From a virus, in the IMG/VR virus record IMGVR_UViG_3300042090_002000, positions 1 to 64,000 of that record: a DNA stretch of 64,000 nt; one strand, written 5' to 3'. Of this stretch, positions 59,311 to 64,000 are shown piece after piece. The position numbers were made by a program, and so were the translations under genes. The notes under the pieces are model-generated. The model searched no databases. It saw only the letters and a list, made by a program, of their open reading frames with translations, and was not told the origin of the DNA. The stretch's first letter is position 1; every line of letters begins with the position of its first letter.

Positions 59311-59330
59311 GACTAACGAATCCATAAGTG
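59311..59330 (+). promoter_or_regulatory. Late-gene element variant GACTA-N7-CATAAGTG
   Basis: Upstream of the HNH-MCP unit. Confidence 0.6.
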
Positions 59331-59360
59331 TAGGGCATTGACGAATGCTTTGCACGGTGC

Positions 59361-59401
59361 GGAAGGTGCCTATCACACCTTCCAAAACCAACTCTGATAG
59401 G
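59361..59401 (+). promoter_or_regulatory. H-type pseudoknot overlapping the RBS of the HNH gene
   Basis: GGAAGGTG/CACCTTCC stem; loop CCTATCA complementary to TGATAGG. Confidence 0.55.
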
Positions 59402-59408
59402 GGGTCTG

Positions 59409-59786
59409 ATGCCAAAACCGATTAGCCGATATCGAGAGACTCGACAACGATATAAGGCGCAAGACCCTGAACGATGGAAGCGATATTCTAGGGAGTATGG
59501 TTGGCGGCATCGGGAAGCCCTTCGAGTTGAAGTATTGACTCAGTACAGCCCGCAACAGATTTTAGGGTGTTCTTGGGCAGATTGTTTTGTAACAGACTCA
59601 GACATGTTGGTTCTTGACCATGTGGCTGATGACGGGGCTCAACAAAGACGGATGTTGAGTTTGCGGGGCTGGAATTTTTATCGGTGGCTCAAAAGCCACA
59701 AATTTCCAGTTGGATATCAAACCCTCTGTTGCAATCATAATCATAAAAAAGAAATGGTTCGGCAAAGAACCCAACGAGTTTCATAG
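59409..59786 (+). CDS. HNH-like homing endonuclease (paralogue of 57200..57592)
   Basis: LVLDHVADDG...YQTLCCNHNHKK. Confidence 0.8.
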   Translation: MPKPISRYRETRQRYKAQDPERWKRYSREYGWRHREALRVEVLTQYSPQQILGCSWADCFVTDSDMLVLDHVADDGAQQRRMLSLRGWNFYRWLKSHKFPVGYQTLCCNHNHKKEMVRQRTQRVS

Positions 59787-59816
59787 AACCGATTACGGTT
59801 CAAGAGGAGAACGACC

Positions 59817-60812
59817 ATTATTCTACCCCCCGGAGTTCAGAGTACCACACTTGCTGCGTTTCCGCAGATTGCCTATGATCGTCAAGCCATCATGGAATGG
59901 CAATTCAACACACCGTTCCTTGAGGAACTGTGCGATTTTCGTCCTCTGCCGCGTCGGTCTGGCCGGACACTTCAGTTCTACGGACAAACTCCGTACGCTG
60001 CCGCGACCTATGACCTGTCAGAAGGAATTCCGGGTCCGTCGCTCCAGTTGACCCAAGTTTTCAGCGACGCTTTCGCCGACGAATACGGCGACTGGATCGG
60101 CATTTCGAATGTGGCTCAGCAAATGTTCCTCGCGGACATTACGCTGGATGCCAGCCGCAACTTGTCTTATCGCGGCGCGCTGACCAGCAACCTGATCGCG
60201 ATCAACGGCTTTGAAGCCGCTGCTACCGCGCAGGCTTCGGCCCGCATCGATTTGCTCGACAACGAGTTCATGCTGTCCAACACGATCCGCAAGAGCGAGT
60301 CCCAGTTGATGGGCAACGCTGTTCCGGGCCGCGACGGCGGGCTCTACACGTCGGCCATGCACCCGTACGTTGTGTACGACTTCATGTCGGACAACAGCGC
60401 AGGGTCGGCTGTCGACACACTCAAGCGGTCCACCGAAGGCGCGTCGGTTCTCAAGTCCGACATGACTCGCGGCTACACCGTTCTGGAATGGGCCGGTGTT
60501 CGCATTATCCGCACCCAGACCGTGCCGACGTACTCCAACTATCCTTCCGTCGGTAAGACGGGATACGCGACCTATATCGTTGGTCGCGAGGCAATGATGG
60601 CCTCTGAATTGCTGGGCAACCGCGTTCCGCGCAACCCCAGTTTCAAGGTGAACGTCAAGACCTTCGGCGATAACGACATTGATCTCTCGAACCCAATGCT
60701 CCAGACTCGCGCCATCGTGAGTTATGACTGGTTCTTGGGAGTTGTGGCGCGCCCCAACACCAATAATACCGCAGGCTTTAGGCGCGTAAGAGGTGAAGTT
60801 TCAGCGGTTTAA
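59817..60812 (+). CDS. Major capsid protein, N4-gp56-like (probable ATT start; first ATG at 59892)
   Basis: YDR...RPLPRRSGRTLQF, EYGDW, HPYVVYDF, LSNPMLQ; GAGGAG 7 nt before ATT59817. Confidence 0.85.
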   Translation: MILPPGVQSTTLAAFPQIAYDRQAIMEWQFNTPFLEELCDFRPLPRRSGRTLQFYGQTPYAAATYDLSEGIPGPSLQLTQVFSDAFADEYGDWIGISNVAQQMFLADITLDASRNLSYRGALTSNLIAINGFEAAATAQASARIDLLDNEFMLSNTIRKSESQLMGNAVPGRDGGLYTSAMHPYVVYDFMSDNSAGSAVDTLKRSTEGASVLKSDMTRGYTVLEWAGVRIIRTQTVPTYSNYPSVGKTGYATYIVGREAMMASELLGNRVPRNPSFKVNVKTFGDNDIDLSNPMLQTRAIVSYDWFLGVVARPNTNNTAGFRRVRGEVSAV

Positions 60813-60831
60813 CGAACTTTGAACTTTTCGC

Positions 60832-60860
60832 TTGACAAGTTTCTTGGTGTTGTTTAGAAT
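60832..60860 (+). promoter_or_regulatory. sigma70 promoter of an endonuclease gene
   Basis: TTGACA-17-TAGAAT. Confidence 0.7.
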
Positions 60861-60877
60861 GGGTCTTGGAGGCAATC

Positions 60878-61510
60878 ATGCCATACAAGGACCCACAGAA
60901 ACAAAAAGAATACCAAGAGCGCTGGAAGGCCGCACACCCGGATAAAGTTCGGGAGTATGGACAAGAATCGGAAAAAAGGGAGTCCATTAAGGAAACCCGA
61001 AAACGATACCAGCAAAGCGAAGCGGGAAAAGAAAGTTCAAAACGCAGGCAAGAAAAGTATCGCGGGACCGAAAAGTCAAAAGAACGGTTCAAGCGGTATC
61101 GGGAACGGCACCCCGGCTTAGGACGCGAGAACTGGTATAAAGGCCAGTACGGCGTTACGCCAGAAGAGTTTGAAGCACAGGTTGCGAAGCAAAACAATCT
61201 GTGCCCCATAGGAAACCATCCCTTTGGGCCTCGTGGCAGACAGGCAGATTCACCCTGTCAAGACCACGACCACAGGACCGGCGAGAATCGAGCCATCTTG
61301 TGCAAGAATCACAACTCGATGCTCGGTTTGGCTAACGACTCGGTTGATGATTTAGAATCAGCAATTTCGTACTTGAATTTGTTTAAAAAGGAAAACGACA
61401 ATGTCCAACGCTTCAACAATTCGACGGCAGATCGCGGGAACTCAGCAACTGACGCTGGCTCCTCTTTCTGGAACGACGATCACGACAACTCCGACCGCGT
61501 TCCAACTTAA
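60878..61510 (+). CDS. Endonuclease VII-type homing endonuclease
   Basis: YGVTPEEF..QNNLCPI..DHDHRTGENRAILC. Confidence 0.8.
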   Translation: MPYKDPQKQKEYQERWKAAHPDKVREYGQESEKRESIKETRKRYQQSEAGKESSKRRQEKYRGTEKSKERFKRYRERHPGLGRENWYKGQYGVTPEEFEAQVAKQNNLCPIGNHPFGPRGRQADSPCQDHDHRTGENRAILCKNHNSMLGLANDSVDDLESAISYLNLFKKENDNVQRFNNSTADRGNSATDAGSSFWNDDHDNSDRVPT

Positions 61511-62024
61511 CAACAACGGGCTGACGCTGACTGGCGGGGGCGTTATTCCTCTGTCCGCCGGTGTGACTGGGCTGTATGCGGGTACTGGACAGGTTCTTTG
61601 GGTCCATGCCGCTGGCCAGTTAACTGGCGGGACGGTTAGCTCCACCACTCTGATCATCAAGCTGTATCAAGTTCCTGCGTCTTTGCTCCCGATTGCCAAT
61701 ACACTCTCTGGCGCACAGACGTTCACGAACTGGAACCTGCTTGCCACGGGACCAACGGGTACGCTGGGCTCCACTGAAACACAAGGGTCGTTCACTCTTG
61801 ACGCATATCTTCAGTTGGATGGCCAAGGAAATTTGGACGGCAACTTCCAGGCCCTGAGTTTGAACAATTTCGGGACTTCGGCAGGCGCGGTGCCTACCAA
61901 GACGACATTGGCCACAGGTTTGGTCGGCGAAGCCGATCTGAACTTCGTGATCGTGGCTGTTCTTGGGGGAACGGAAACCGGCGTCGTGCTGACGCTCGAT
62001 GAATTCTCGCTGAACTACGTGTAA
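61401..62024 (+). CDS. Putative capsid decoration/minor structural protein
   Basis: T/G/L-rich beta protein after the MCP; AAGG RBS. Confidence 0.6.
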   Translation: MSNASTIRRQIAGTQQLTLAPLSGTTITTTPTAFQLNNNGLTLTGGGVIPLSAGVTGLYAGTGQVLWVHAAGQLTGGTVSSTTLIIKLYQVPASLLPIANTLSGAQTFTNWNLLATGPTGTLGSTETQGSFTLDAYLQLDGQGNLDGNFQALSLNNFGTSAGAVPTKTTLATGLVGEADLNFVIVAVLGGTETGVVLTLDEFSLNYV

Positions 62025-62062
62025 TCGTCCGCGAACAACATTTTCGGGCGAAAGCCCAAATC

Positions 62063-62100
62063 ACCCCTTGGGCTGGAAGGCTCAAGGGGTTTTCTTTTTC
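62063..62100 (+). terminator. Intrinsic terminator
   Basis: CCCCTTGGGC-tggaag-GCTCAAGGGG followed by a T tract. Confidence 0.75.
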
Positions 62101-62180
62101 TTGGGTATTACACCCACGGGCGGCGCGCGGCGGCATGAACAGGCTTCGGTAACCGGGCCGTCGCGCAGACCGTCAAATTT

Positions 62181-62254
62181 AGATCGGTAAGATAGTGGAA
62201 GTCTAGCCGCCTCCAAATCGGCGAGCGGAGGTTCGATTCCTCCCTGATCTGCCA
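62181..62254 (+). tRNA. tRNA-Trp(CCA)
   Basis: Cloverleaf; loop CTCCAAA; T-loop TTCGATT; G73-CCA encoded. Confidence 0.85.
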
Positions 62255-62256
62255 AC

Positions 62257-62313
62257 GGCGGGACATCAGTCGGGCTTTGAAACCCGGCGTCGGCTAGACC
62301 GACCCCGCCACCA
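62257..62313 (+). ncRNA. D-armless tRNA-like RNA ending ACCA
   Basis: GGCGGG/CCCGCC-A-CCA; GTCGGG-CTTTGAAA-CCCGGC; GTCGG-CTAGA-CCGAC. Confidence 0.6.
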
Positions 62314-62361
62314 ATTTTGCAAACGCATCGCCGTCGCGTGAATGCAGGAGTTTACGGCGCA

Positions 62362-62435
62362 GAGCGGGCACGCACTTGGGTGTAGTTCGGGCGGCCACCC
62401 GGATGGCGGTTCGAATCCGCGAGAAGCCCGCTCCA
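62362..62435 (+). ncRNA. Aberrant tRNA-like RNA
   Basis: GAGCGGGC/GCCCGCTC closing stem; three hairpins including GCGG-TTCGAAT-CCGC; ends in CCA. Confidence 0.55.
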
Positions 62436-62481
62436 TTTTTGGGAATTATATAGTTGACTCCCTCATGAAAACAGGAGATTT

Positions 62482-62943
62482 ATGAACGAAACGAAATCAT
62501 TACGACAACATCCCTTTGTGCTGGCATGGATAGCTGAATTCCAGAAAGATCCTTGGCATACTAAGTATCCCGATTGTCGCCGCTGTGGGTTTCCGCACAG
62601 CGATGTTCTGCTTTGCAACGGAGCACCCTTCGGTTGTCTTTACATTGGAGGAGAGCCCTACTCTGTTGATATTTCAAATGTTGCTTGGATGGTGCAGTTC
62701 AGAGAGCAGAGTAGGCCCGGATTTCATCGGCGAGACGATATTTATTTTCAAAGGATGGATGACGGCAGTGTTCGCGTTACATCCTTTTGGCAGTATAACA
62801 ACTGCCCGCAAGAAAAGGTGTGGACAATCCCCAGTTCCGAATGGGCGTCTATAGTAAGTTCGGTGAGTACGGCGGGAGAAACCACTGAATCCTATCAACA
62901 GGCGTTGGAGTTTCACGGCAAATCGAGGGATTCATCTATATAA
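62482..62943 (+). CDS. Hypothetical protein
   Basis: AGGAG RBS; YFQRMDDGSVRV...WASIVSSVS. Confidence 0.6.
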   Translation: MNETKSLRQHPFVLAWIAEFQKDPWHTKYPDCRRCGFPHSDVLLCNGAPFGCLYIGGEPYSVDISNVAWMVQFREQSRPGFHRRDDIYFQRMDDGSVRVTSFWQYNNCPQEKVWTIPSSEWASIVSSVSTAGETTESYQQALEFHGKSRDSSI

Positions 62944-62990
62944 TTCCCCCATTTTTTGCTTGACGGCATGCCATGAGCGTGCTATGATTC

Positions 62991-63065
62991 GCAGGGCTGG
63001 CTCAATGGCACAGCAGGAGTTTTGTAAACTCCCATTTCGCGGTTCAAGTCCGCGGCCCTGCCCCA
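62991..63065 (+). tRNA. tRNA-Thr(TGT)
   Basis: GCAGGGC/GCCCTGC acceptor; loop TTTGTAA; TTCAAGT T-loop; CCA encoded. Confidence 0.85.
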
Positions 63066-63077
63066 GATCGAGGGAGC

Positions 63078-63560
63078 ATGATTCGAGTGAATCTGTTGCG
63101 GCGAGTGAAAGCGATCAAATATCGCGGACACCATAAACGAGACGCGGTAGGGAATGTCGTCTCCCGCGCGGCGGAAACGCGCAGACACCGCCTCGCGCAC
63201 CCCGGGCAGCGAAAAAGATGGGATACAACCTATCGGCAATCGGAAGCTGGGGAAGCCAGCCATCAAAAATATAACGATTCAGAGAAAGGCCAGCGCGCGG
63301 CTCAGAATCAATATCTGCAATGGAAGTATGGTAAAGGATTGGCAGATAAAGCGGAGCAGCATGAAAAACAACAGGGTTTGTGTGGCGTTTGTGGCAAGCC
63401 GCTTTCTGTGAATTTGGATGAATGCCACTGGGACCACAACCATAAAACAGGGGAGCTACGCGACGTGGTGCATCCTCGATGCAACATCGCTATAGGGTTC
63501 ATTGAAAGTGAGTTGTTGACGCCTGTTTTAACGTATTTGAAGAGGCACGATAATGTATGA
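63078..63560 (+). CDS. Endonuclease VII-type homing endonuclease
   Basis: QQGLCGVC...WDHNHKTGELRDVVHPRCN. Confidence 0.85.
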   Translation: MIRVNLLRRVKAIKYRGHHKRDAVGNVVSRAAETRRHRLAHPGQRKRWDTTYRQSEAGEASHQKYNDSEKGQRAAQNQYLQWKYGKGLADKAEQHEKQQGLCGVCGKPLSVNLDECHWDHNHKTGELRDVVHPRCNIAIGFIESELLTPVLTYLKRHDNV

Positions 63561-64000
63561 CTTTGATCCAAAGAAACAGCTAATTGCCTACCTTGTAAGA
63601 CATGGCGAGTTAGTCAATATGCGTTGCTGGGATGGGTGGGGTAACTACGAATTATCGGACGAAGGTCACCAGCAGGCCGAACGCGCCGCGCAATGGCTCT
63701 CTTTCGAGCGCATAGGCCGGGTCATCTCCTCCGACGTACCGCGCACCATGCAGACAGCGCAATACCTCATGAACACGGGTTGTGTTCTTTGCCCGTTCCT
63801 CAGTACTGATCCGAATTTGCGCCCATGGAACGTCGCAGGTTTCACAGGCAAGCAAAAGACGCCGGAGCGCATCGCGGAGTTCGCGAAATACATGGTCGAC
63901 CCGACGCTCGTAATTCCCGATGGCGAGAGCCGCCAGCAGTTGGATCAGCGTGTTCAGGTCATCTACCAGTACGCCACGGTGCCTTATAAGGGGTGCCCGA
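63553..64000 (+). CDS. Histidine phosphatase (phosphoglycerate mutase family), 3'-truncated
   Basis: Manual translation MYDFDPKKQLIAYLVRHGE...LSDEGHQQA...SSDVPRTMQTA...PDGES. Confidence 0.85.
   Translation, partial: MYDFDPKKQLIAYLVRHGELVNMRCWDGWGNYELSDEGHQQAERAAQWLSFERIGRVISSDVPRTMQTAQYLMNTGCVLCPFLSTDPNLRPWNVAGFTGKQKTPERIAEFAKYMVDPTLVIPDGESRQQLDQRVQVIYQYATVPYKGCP

Noticed and set aside
59409-60812. HNH ORF in frame with the MCP across a single TAG (read-through fusion or recoded amber)
   Set aside because: No suppressor tRNA is seen, TAG is a normal stop elsewhere (e.g. terL), and the MCP has its own SD. A 1-in-3 coincidence is sufficient.
54368-61510. Group I introns around the endonuclease genes
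   Set aside because: Flanking genes are intact and the spacers are too short; I found no recognisable intron core.
62960-62988. TTGACG-17-TATGAT as the promoter for tRNA-Thr
   Set aside because: The -10 ends only 2 nt before the tRNA, so the start would fall inside it. It may serve the downstream endonuclease; not called.

Overview
A 64-kb segment of a tailed dsDNA bacteriophage with podovirus-like architecture (N4-gp56-type major capsid protein, P22/T7-like nozzle and ejection proteins). The host is probably a Gram-negative soil bacterium, possibly Acidobacteriota (weak inference). Layout: tail fibres, nozzle and ejection proteins (1-16.3 kb); a mixed regulatory/RNA region (16.3-31 kb); a leftward early region (31-36 kb); a non-coding divergence point (36.1-37.4 kb); rightward accessory genes, GroEL/GroES, TerS, small basic proteins, TerL, portal, scaffold and capsid (37.4-62 kb); then a tRNA/tRNA-like cluster. 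About 12 free-standing homing endonucleases are scattered throughout. The most notable observations are: (1) a candidate phage transcription system, made of a protein fusing two sigma70-region-4-like HTHs to a full NusG (NGN+KOW), about 10 copies of a GACTT-N7-CATAAGTA element before late genes, and a GTAC-N4-GTAC box abutting the -35 of six leftward sigma70 promoters; (2) a circularly permuted two-piece tmRNA with a 27-aa tag ending FALAA, co-transcribed with an unidentified ~210-nt structured RNA; (3) two aberrant CCA-ended tRNA-like RNAs, one lacking a D-arm; (4) an apparent AUU start for the capsid gene, with an RBS-hiding pseudoknot upstream; (5) a stand-alone mini-paralogue of part of the scaffold protein. 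All assignments come from reading the sequence by eye; no searches were run.
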